A stretch of DNA of 64,000 nucleotides from Octopus vulgaris (Eukaryota): NCBI GenBank assembly GCA_951406725.2, contig OX597816.1, positions 52,390,001 to 52,454,000 on the forward strand. The letters are read 5' to 3'. A program made the position numbers and the translations under genes. Position 1 is the stretch's first letter; every line of letters begins with the position of its first letter. Under the pieces are notes generated by a model. It worked only from the letters and a program-made list of their open reading frames with translations. It ran no database searches and was not told the origin of the DNA. This document shows, piece by piece, positions 53,931 through 64,000 of the stretch.

Positions 53931-54812
53931 ATTTGTATAGAAATATTGTATTGAAAGTGTTGACCCTGTAAAGTGCAGAGGTATAATTTCACCCAGGACT
54001 ACTTCATCTTTAATTTAGGCAGAATGTGTTCTTTTTCTAAGTTGGTTAGGTATGATTTGAGTGAGAGAGTTAGATACTATTTCTAACATTTTCCATGGCT
54101 ATGTAGTAGATATTTCATTGCTTCCTAACTCACTGGTTACTTAGGCAGTTTAAAAAAAAATTTGTTTCTTCCTTAATTTTAATATCAATGTATTATAAAA
54201 TAAAAATTGATCACTCGAATTTATCTGATTAAAAACAAGTTTCTAATAATTTTCCCGCTATAAAAAAAATATTTTAAAAAATTGATAGAGGTTAGGAAAA
54301 AAATTTCTTTTTAATTAAACTACATTTTTAGATTTACAAATGGAAAGCTGCCAAACAATTTGTTGTTGTTTTGAGATATGTGAAAGGGTGGAAATACAGC
54401 TTAGAGATGAAACTGGGTATTAATCTCATTAGTTCTTCAAAACTTGTTAAATGTGATAAATGATTTAATTCTGCTTTTGAATCTTTTTGTGGTTCATGTA
54501 ATTAAAAGCTAATCATTTTCCTCAAACATATTCTGATTTATATAATTAAAAATATAATAATATATTTGTAAATTATTTTGCAATATATGTAAATAAATAA
54601 TACTCCCAAACATGCATATTTGTAAAATATTTGCATGTCTGAAAACACAAGCAGTTCTTGATAATACATAGAAAATATATCAGCAACCTTTAACCTCAAT
54701 AACTGCATCTTTATAGGAGTTTTTCTGTTTATATATCCTTACCTTAACAACATCAAATTGTAAAGAGTTAACCAAGTTCTTCAGTTGAAACACATTACTC
54801 TTCTCTCTAGAT

Positions 54813-55010
54813 CAGGTATTCCTAATGTGGGACATAACCAGTGGGGCATGGGATCCTTTTTTTTTTTTTTAGTGGGATGTCGAATTTTGAAAATCTTTCT
54901 TTACAGCAAACATACTACACCTGTAATATTTTTCTAGCCACCGGTGAGGGCATACATTTTTCTGGGATGTTATTGTGGGGACCAAGGGGAAAATAGGTTG
55001 GGAAACACTG
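54813..55010. mobile_element. hAT (Charlie-type) MITE
   Basis: CAG...CTG termini; perfect 8-bp TSD CTCTAGAT. Confidence 0.75.
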
Positions 55011-55229
55011 CTCTAGATTAATATATACATACACACACATATATATCATGCAGACACACATACACATATGTACACAACAGGCTTACCAAGTATATTCTCA
55101 AGGCACTGGTCGACCCAAGACTACATTAGAAGACACTTGCCCTAGATGCAGACCAATGCAATACAACTTGAGATTATGTGGTAACAAACCAACCCCACAT
55201 GCACACATCCTATCCTGCACTTATCTTTT

Positions 55230-55580
55230 GTCTTTTACTTGTTTCAGCCATTTGACTGTGGCTATTCTGGGGCACCTACTTGAAACGTTTTAGTTGAACA
55301 AATCGACCCCCAGGACTTTTTTTAAGCCCAATACTTATTCTATCGGTCTCTTTTGCCAAACCACTAAGTTACAGGGACATACAAGCAATGGTGGGGAATA
55401 AACATACATACATATATGACTGGCTTCTTTCCGTTTCTGTCTATCAAATCCAATTACAAGGCTTTGATTGACCCCTAAGGTTATACTAGGCAGTTGCTGA
55501 AGTTGCTCTAAGTGGGACTAAATCTGGAATCATGTGGTTGGGAAGCAAGCTATTTACCACACAGCTACACCTGCACCTAT
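55230..55580 (-). mobile_element. Diverged SINE family A
   Basis: Tail, body and head recognisable. Confidence 0.7.
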
Positions 55581-57399
55581 ACACACACTCCTATATAAAC
55601 ACACATATGGACCACACACACACAAAACAAAACAACATTAATAGTCTGGTTTTGTTTTATCAAGTAAATTTTTATTTTATTTATGTGCCCTTTTCAAGCC
55701 TAACCAGGCTCAGGGGCCCGGTTTCCCAGTTTCTATGGCATATGTGTTCCCCCCAGCTGGACGGGACACCAGTCCATTGCAGCGTTACTCAAGAAACAGG
55801 AAGAAAGAGTGAGAGAAAGTTGTGGCAAAAGAGTAGAATAGGAGTTACCGTCACTCCCTGCCAGAGCCTCATGGAGCTTTTATAGGTGTTTTTGCTCAAT
55901 AAACACACACAAGGCCGGTCTGGGAATCGAAACTGTGATCCTCCGACCGCGAGTCTGCTGCCCTAACCACTGGGCCATTGCGCATCCACTTATCAAGTAA
56001 AATCTTATTTTAATTATCAAGAGATTTTTCTTAGTTTCGGTAATATATTGGGGTCTGCTTTTCTTTTCTTTTCTTCTTTGTTTTGTTTTATTTTTTCTGC
56101 CACATTATCAGAATGGATTGTATTGTTAATATCATTCTCTTGTTCTCTTTTAGAATTATATGCATTAAACATGTGCCTTTGTTGATTATTGGAAATCATT
56201 GGAGCTAGCTTTAATTATATATTTTTTTGTGTTGTTATTATTTACTCTATATTTTCTTTTATGTCTTTAGATGTTTCTGATGCAAAACAAATAAATAAGA
56301 AACCAATTCCATCTCAATGGAAGGTGTCAATCTTTGTTTTGTTTAACAGATGGTATGGATGGTCTCTAGATTGCTTCTACATGAGAAAATGTTCATTAAT
56401 TTTTCTAATGATTAATGAAAAGTTGTGCACAGTAGGTGGGCTATAAGGATATAACTTCTTTTCTTAAGATTATCCAAACTAAAACATGTATTGAAAATTT
56501 ACAGGCTAACAAAGAACTTTGTACTGAAAAGTTCACTTGAACATAAATTAGATGTCCATTTGGTTTTGTGCCTACTTTCGTATGCTAGCATGAGTTAAAT
56601 GAATATACATATATTATTGAGGCATTGTTTTACAATTTGATGTTTTTCCTATAGCAAACTGTATTTGTTTGCTATAACATCTCTGATTAAGTTATTTTCT
56701 AAACAATTCTATTATACTAACTTAGCCATGCCTTCATTACTACATTGCCAAATATGCTTCACTGAGGAGGTGAGAATAAGAGTGAAATACATCCTGAGTT
56801 GTCTTACAAACTTGGCATGTAGATTGAATGAAAGCAATATGAGTCATTGAATAATATTGTTTTTCTTCACATTACAATAATTTCTTGTTTGTTTATTAAT
56901 CCCCCTTTCATAAACTTTATTAACCCTAACTTAATTCAATGACTTGTTTTACGATTACAGAATTATTTTTTTTCAATTCCTTCTTTTATTTCTGGACTGC
57001 TGATGTCATACTTGCATAGGATTTTGGAAATTTGCTTAGTAACCTCACGGCTCTGGGTTCAATCACAGAATTTTGGTCAAGGGTCTTTTATCATAGTCTT
57101 GTGTTGAGAGGAATATTGGGTCCAGACACCAATATGCATACTCGTGTGTGTGTGTATCCTTTACCAAGATATATCTATATATCAGCCAAGTATATTTTAA
57201 AAAATAAATAGGTAAAATCCATGCCAACATTTGTTCAGCACAAAGTTACAAAATCTCCTTTGTCGTTCTCACCATCATAAAAACAGCAAATAACTGGTTA
57301 GCCTAATGGATACCTATCACTACCAATGTTATTGTTCACATATAAAATCATATGTATAAATATAATAAATATGAATATTTATATATTCATATTTATTTT

Positions 57400-57808
57400 A
57401 TGGAGTGGCTGTGTGGTAAGTAGCTTGCTTACCAACCACATGGTTCCGGGTTCATTCCCACTGTGTGGCACCTTGGGCAAGTGTCTTCTGCTAAAGCCTC
57501 AGGCCGACCAAAGCCTTGTGAGTGGATTTGCTAGATGGAAACTGAAAGAAGCACGTCATATATATGTATTTATATATATATATATATACGTGTGCCTGTG
57601 TGTATATGTCTGTCTGCCTGTGTTTGTCCCCCCCAACATCACTTAACAACCGATGCTGGTGTGTTTATGTCCCCGTAACTTAACGATTCGGCAAAAGAGA
57701 CCGATAGAATAAGTAGTAGGCTTACAAAGAATAAGTCCTGGGGTCGATTCGCTCAACTAAAGGTGGTGCTCCAGCATGGCCACAGTCAAATGACTGAAAT
57801 AGTAAGAG

Positions 57809-57845
<37 letters not shown>

Positions 57846-58053
57846 ATTTATGTGTTTGTGTTTGTCCCCCCCAACATTGCTTGACAACCGATGTTGGTGT
57901 GTTTACATCCCTGTAACTTAGCGGTTTGGCAAAAGAGACCGATAGAATAAGTACTAGGCTTATAAAGAATAAGTCCTGGGGGCGATTTGCTTGACTAAAG
58001 GCGGTGCTCCAGCATGGCTACAGTCAAAATGACTGAAACAAATAAAAGAGTAA
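57400..58053 (+). mobile_element. SINE family A followed by a tandem 3' half
   Basis: The tail runs into (TA)n, then the body repeats. Confidence 0.85.
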
Positions 58054-58110
58054 TTCATAACAAATATCAATTATTCATTAAATAAGTTTGATGAGATTGA
58101 TACAACTTAC

Positions 58111-58194
58111 ATGGTAAGTTTTGACATTAGTAATTCGACTGATACCAGTTCTTGGTCCAACAACAATCATATGCTCAGACTTGTGGCCTCCGTC
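58111..58194 (-). CDS. FRMPD4: FRMPD1/3/4-like exon, start of FERM C-lobe (DGGHKSEHMIVVGPRTGISRITNVKTYH)
   Basis: Acceptor ttttattgtag, donor gtaagt, 84 nt, phase 0-0. VVGPRTGIS resembles the LVGPRYGIS motif recalled from FRMPD4. Upstream exons not found in the window. Confidence 0.85.
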
Positions 58195-58617
58195 CTACAA
58201 TAAAATAGAAAATTTTAAATTGTTAATGTCACTTCCAATAAAAGAAAATGATATTTTGAAGCAAAGTAAAAAAAAAAAATTTACATTTTTGTTAAACAAG
58301 ATCAATAGATTTAGTTGACTATATAGAGATAGAAAAGGACTGTTATGTGACTGGAAAAAGTGAAGAAGTATGAATAAAAATAATAATCCTTCCTACTATA
58401 GGCACAAAGCCTGAAATGTTGGGGAGGAGACAAGTTGATTACATTAACCCCAGTGCTTGACTGGTACTTATATTATTGACCCCGAAAAGAAGAAAAGGCA
58501 AAGTCAACCTTGGTGGAACATGAACTCAGAACACAAACCACTAAACATTCTGCCCCAGCTTGCTAATGATTCTGCCAACTTGCCACTTCACAATAACAAT
58601 GATAATAATATTTATAA

Positions 58618-58940
58618 TGTTGACAAATATGGAGAATTGAGATTGCCACAATATGGCAGCTGCAAGTGTCAAACATAAAGGCTGTTCCTGTCGTCATTGG
58701 AGCATTGGGTTCAATACCACCCAACCTGAAGAAATATCTGGATATCTTAAGAAATGCCCTATAATCTTGATGTATTGCAAAAATTAAGCTTTACTTGGAA
58801 TTGCATGCATACTGTGTAAAGTACTGTCTGTCTAATGCCTTTGTTGTGACTTGACAGACAGGACAAACCCCCGATACACACAATATCTTCAATCTACAAC
58901 ATCCCAATATTGGATACTGTGTGATGTCACCATAATTGGT
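58618..58940 (+). mobile_element. R4/Dong-type non-LTR retrotransposon 3' fragment (restriction-like endonuclease end)
   Basis: Frameshifted translation DKYGELR...IATIWQL...IKAVPVVIGALGSIPPNLKKYLD...LQK...ALLGIACILCKVL; follows a (TAA)n-like tract. Confidence 0.7.
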
Positions 58941-58994
58941 TTTGAAATAATTACATTAAATTTGTTTATGAAGTTTATATATTGTGTAACGGAG

Positions 58995-59748
58995 AGCATC
59001 ATAACAAACAGAGAATATTAAAGAGATATTTGTGCTGCCAAATTATATCTGGATAGTTTAGGTATACAACCAAAGCTTTACGACTAAAGACGGTGCTCCA
59101 GCATGGACACAGTCAAATGACTGAAACAGTAAAAGAGTATATATATGTGTGTGTGTGTTTATGTGTTTGTCCCCCCAACATTGCTTGACAACCGATGTTG
59201 GTGTGTTTACATCCCTGTAACTTAGAGGTTTGGCAGTAAAAGCAGCATCATAACAAACAGAGAATATTAAAGAGATATTTGTGCTGCCAAATTATATCTG
59301 GATAGTTTAGGTATACAACCAAAGCTTTACGACTAAAGACGGTGCTCCAGCATGGACACAGTCAAATGACTGAAGCAGTAAAAGAGTATATATATGTGTG
59401 TGTGTGTGTGTTTATGTGTTTGTGTTTGTCCCCCCAACATTGCTTGACAACCGATGTTGGTGTGTTTAGATCCCCGTAACTTAGCGGTTTGGCAAACGAG
59501 ACAGATAGAATAAGTACTAGGCTTATAAAGAATAAGTCCCGGGGTCAATTTGCTCGACTAAAGACGGTGCTCCAGCATGGCCACAATCAAATGACTGAAA
59601 CAGTAAAAGAGTATATATATGTGTGTGTGTGTTTATGTGTTTGTGTTTGTCCCCCCAACATTGCTTGACAACCGATGTTGGTGTGTTTACATCCCTGTAA
59701 CTTAGAGGTTTGGCAAAAGAGACCGATAGAATAAGCACTAGGCTTGTA
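58995..59748 (+). repeat. Tandem duplication of headless SINE A halves plus ~85 bp of unique flank
   Basis: agcatcataacaaacagagaatatt...caaagctttacgactaaagacgg is duplicated at ~58995 and ~59245; three tail-microsatellite-body units. Confidence 0.85.
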
Positions 59749-60034
59749 GGTCCAAAGGGAACACAACATGATGCCTCCATAGTTAATCATTTTATTAGGC
59801 TGTCTTGTTAATTACCATTTTTATGTTTCTGGATGCAGTTTAGTACATATACACAAAATTACAGATGCATACATATCACCAACTTTCACATGTCTGCCTG
59901 CCTGCCTCTCTGCTTGTCTGTCTGGTCTGAGAATATAGATTGTGTGGTTAACAAAATTGCTTTATAACATGTCTTTTTGGGTTCATTCCTATTGCTTGAC
60001 TCTGTGGGTGACTAACATGTTGTGAGTAGAATTT

Positions 60035-60075
<41 letters not shown>

Positions 60076-60199
60076 AACATAGTTTATATTTTTATAAACT
60101 ACTAATAGTTTCATGTAATGAAAACAACTCAGACAACATTTTATACCACGTGTTGTGCCTTCATACAATTCTCAGGCTATTTACGTATACAGTACACTG

Positions 60200-60205
60200 T
60201 ATATG

Positions 60206-60243
<38 letters not shown>

Positions 60244-60280
60244 AACATAAATGCATATATATATATACAAACATAAATGC

Positions 60281-60311
<31 letters not shown>

Positions 60312-60502
60312 CATAAATGTGTATATATATATACATACATAAATGTGTATATATATATACATACATAAATGTGTATATATATATATATATACATACATAA
60401 ATGCGTATATATATATATATATATATATATACATACATACATAAATGCGTATATATATATATACATACATAAATGCGTATATATATATATATATATATAT
60501 AT
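60200..60502. repeat. Compound (TA)n minisatellite with a catacataaatgygt spacer unit
   Basis: About 8 repeats of acataaatg(c/t)(g/a)t separated by (TA)n. Confidence 0.9.
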
Positions 60503-60684
60503 TACAAAATTAGAGAATGGAGAAACCTACTTAAATCAATAAAACATCAACTATCAGATGATACCCAATCAATACTTTAATACACCATTACATATCAGTA
60601 AAGGCATTATAAAAAATATACAGTAAGAGTAAATAGACAAAGAGATATAAGTATAAAATTTCAAATATAATATGTAATTAAATC

Positions 60685-60800
60685 AATTCTGACAGCTGTT
60701 TCGGCAGTGAGGGCAGTCATACCTCATTTAACCTATAAGCCATAAAGGCAGGTATAAATGAGGCATTAACAAGGATGCCCCACGGCCTCTTCAGAGAATT
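60685..60800 (-). ncRNA. Type I hammerhead ribozyme motif with a ~90-nt stem II
   Basis: Minus strand: aattct-CTGAAGA-GGC...GCC-GAAA-CAGCTG-TC-agaatt. Stem II contains the gtggggca/tgccctcac and atgcctcattta/taaatgaggtat helices. Confidence 0.8.
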
Positions 60801-61334
60801 AAATTTGTTATAATTGTGAAAAAGATTATTTAACCATATACATATAAATATAAAAATAAAAAAATATAAAAATATAAAAATGTAAAATATAAAAACTTAT
60901 ACATAAACTTCATAATGCTACACTTATATAATATAATACTCATTGGTACAATAATGGAAGGTAAACAGAACAAAATAAAACAAAATATATATCAGTGTAT
61001 ATATTAATATTAATAAGCACCGATATTATACATATTTGGCTAATAGTTTAAAAAAAAAAAAAACTAACACATAGGGAGATGAAAAATAATAATTAAAACC
61101 ATGGTTCAGTTCATAAAATTATAAAGCTATAAAAGTTAATAAAAATTACTATTAATATTAATAATAATAATAATAATAATATATACAGTTATGTTTGCAC
61201 CAAATCCATCCTTTCAAGATTGAAATAACTATGAGTTAAGAAATACTGACCACTAGGTAATGATAATTTAGATTAATTCGATATTTATATATATACACAT
61301 ACATACATATATATATACACAATCACACACACCC

Positions 61335-61375
<41 letters not shown>

Positions 61376-61588
61376 AATGCGTATATATATATATATATAC
61401 ATACATATATATATATATATATACGGGTGTGTGTGATTGTGTATAGAAGAATATATTAATAAAAAGAATTCCAACCTTGTCTGATTTTCAATTTTTATTT
61501 ACAATCTTATAATGATATAATATAAGATAATATAATATAATATAATAAAATAAAATAAAATAATAGAATGTTAAATGTTCATTCTGAT

Positions 61589-61633
61589 TGAACTAGTACT
61601 TTCATGCATTAAATTCTGCAATCTTCAGGTTCA
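61589..61633 (-). ncRNA. Minimal type I hammerhead motif (intact core)
   Basis: tgaac-CTGAAGA-tTGCA gaatttaa TGCAt-GAAA-GTAC-TA-gttca. Confidence 0.7.
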
Positions 61634-61710
61634 TGTAATAGTGGTGACAGTCATGCTTCACAATTTTTGACAGTCAAAAATTGTGAAGCATGACTGTCAC
61701 CACTACTACA

Positions 61711-61755
61711 TGAACTTGAAGATTGCAGAATTTAATGCATGAAAGTACTAGTTCA
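61711..61755 (+). ncRNA. Minimal hammerhead motif, inverted copy with a C3>U core change
   Basis: tgaac-TTGAAGA-tTGCA gaatttaa TGCAt-GAAA-GTAC-TA-gttca. Confidence 0.55.
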
Positions 61756-61994
61756 ATCAGAATGAACATTTAACATTCTATTATTTTATTTTATTTTATT
61801 ATATTATATTATCTTATATCATTATAAGATTGTAAATAAAACGTGAAAATCAGACAAGGTTGGAATTCCTTTTATTAATATATATATATATATATACATG
61901 TATATATATATATATATTCGTAAGATATATATATAGGGTAGCGAATATTCTTAGCATGTATAAAAAGTAGAATATCTTGTCTACATGTGTATAT

Positions 61995-62033
<39 letters not shown>

Positions 62034-62139
62034 AATACAAAATGGGACAAGAACGCAAAACATTCAGAAGACGATACAAAAAACATGGACGGGTCATTCG
62101 AAGCCTTCAATCTTCAGTCAAGAACCGGATACACACATG

Positions 62140-62670
62140 TATCATCATTATCATCATCGTTTAACATCCGTTTTCCATGCTAGCATGGGTTGGACGGTTC
62201 GACTGGGGTCTGGGAAGCCAGGAAGCTGCACCAGGCTCCAGTCTGATCTGGCAGTGTTTCTACAGCTGGATGCCCTTCCTAACATCAACCACTCCGTGAG
62301 TGTAGTGGGTGCTTTTTACGTGCAACCGGTACAGGTATCACAACTACAATTTCCATTTGATTTTTTGATGTTGCTGTACTTGACTCAATAGTTTTCCTCA
62401 AGCACAGCAGGTCACCGTATGTTCCAAGGTAAGCACAGCAGGCCTTCCTGCAATCCATGGTACTTTGGATGGGCTGGGGCTGCTATGTGAAGCTGGTGCA
62501 GGAAACAGCCATGAACTCATGTTATTTGTTGGATCTTCGCAGTCACAGCATATCTCCAGAGGACTGGGTCTTTCGTCATTGCCTCTGTGAGACCCAACGT
62601 TCGAAGGTCATGCTTGACCACCTCATCCCATATCTTCCTGTGTCTACCTCTACCCCGGATTCTTTCCACT
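62140..62670 (-). mobile_element. RTE-type LINE 3' end: ORF C-terminus, 3' UTR and (GAT)n tail
   Basis: Minus strand translates RKIWDEVVKHDLRTLGLTEAMTKDPVLWRYAV and continues into the tail ccaacccatgctagcatggaaaacggatgttaaacgatgat. Confidence 0.75.
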
Positions 62671-62901
62671 GGGTATACCACATGTATATATATATATATA
62701 TATAACGGGAAAGTTTACAAAAATTAACAAAAGACGAAGGCAGGTGGAGTACAAACAAACAAATGTATTAGTATAGCGCTCAGGAATAGAAATAGAAAAA
62801 GTCTTTTATGTTTCAAGCCTGCGCTTTTCGACAGAAAGATACACAGAAAGAAACAAGGAGAGAAAAAAATGCATGTAAGAGCTAACGATCTATCATAGCA
62901 T

Positions 62902-62952
<51 letters not shown>

Positions 62953-64000
62953 GCTCTTTTCTTATGGAAGATATTTCTCTGCTAGTCTTCAAACATGAGT
63001 AACACATACAAATGACACCATTTGTATGACTGATTTTCTGTTCAAAATGGTGTCAAAACAAGGAAATGTAAACCCACCCACACATGTCCATGTATGTATG
63101 TGTCTCTCTTTGTTATATGTGTATGTGTGTATATTTTTTGCTTATATGAAATAATGGATGCAAACAGCAATGAAAAAGAATTTTTAAAATTTTAACTATC
63201 AGAAATTCAGTGAATAACTGTTAGGCCCATAGAACATATGTAACCATCAACACTTCTCTTCACCAATTGCAATATATAAAAAATAAATATATAAATAATT
63301 TGATAACTAAATAAACTGGCAGAATTACTAAAAGTTAAGGACATGAGCTATTGTTTAACAAAATAATAAACAGCTAGTATTTATGTATGAAGAAGAAACA
63401 AGTCAATGAAAACTGAGTAGACAGCCAGTGGTACAAAAAAATATGCACCAAAAAGAAACTAGCAAAACAGTTGATATTATGCTGGTTAAATTAGAGAGAT
63501 GGATGAAGTGATATTGGTATGTGATGAGAATTCATTTTGAGAATAGCAGAAACAGTGTTCTTAGCAAATCACAGCTGACAGTAGCCAGAATCAAAGTGGA
63601 TCAATATACATAAGTGTGTGATGAGAATTGATGAGAAAGTGGTACAGGTTAAGAAAATTAATCAGCCAAGTTAAAGTTAAATAAAAAGAAAAAAATGAAG
63701 ATGGGACTATTTCTTACTAGGCTGCAAAATGAACAATCCATATGACAACAATAATTCAGCAATAGAGATAATTTTCTTTTGAACTGAAGAAAGGAAAGCT
63801 ATTGGAATCTGTGGTCAAGAATATCACAACTGCTGTAATGGAGAATTTTATCGGAACTGGTTGTAATGTAATGCAACTGATGATTGGTAAAAACAAAACT
63901 CAGCATAGCAACTGGAAATAAGAGTAAGAAAACAATATAATTCTAAATTCAGTTTTCACAACATGGCTTGATTGAATAAAATAACCCTATGATTCTGTTA

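Larger units (their letters stand above)
61450..61880. mobile_element. Near-perfect ~430-bp palindrome of a Penelope-like LTR fragment within (TA)n
   Basis: Arms mirror around 61672 (tttttgac a gtcaaaaa). Each arm contains a hammerhead motif. Confidence 0.75.

Overview
AT-rich, repeat-dense eukaryotic DNA. The SINE, microsatellite and repeat landscape looks like Octopus (inferred from family resemblance, not verified). The window is almost entirely intronic sequence of one minus-strand gene encoding a FRMPD1/3/4-type (FERM and PDZ domain) protein. Four phase-compatible GT-AG exons (58194-58111, 43693-43589, 34208-34070, 17702-17503) encode the FERM C-lobe and the sequence after it. There are also candidate micro-exons (11279-11231, 10902-10870) and a candidate short terminal exon starting at 13136. 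The introns carry three tRNA-derived SINE families, RTE-type and R4/Dong-type LINE relics, non-autonomous Helitrons, hAT/piggyBac/MULE-type MITEs and an internally deleted mariner. The most notable unannotated signal is a set of type I hammerhead ribozyme motifs with palindromic stem III, the architecture known from Penelope-like elements and retrozymes. Several are intact, and several sit as head-to-head pairs inside long foldback inverted repeats. There is also evidence for a local SINE 3' transduction. Almost all ORFs in the supplied track are repeat or microsatellite artefacts. Repeat boundaries are read by eye and approximate.
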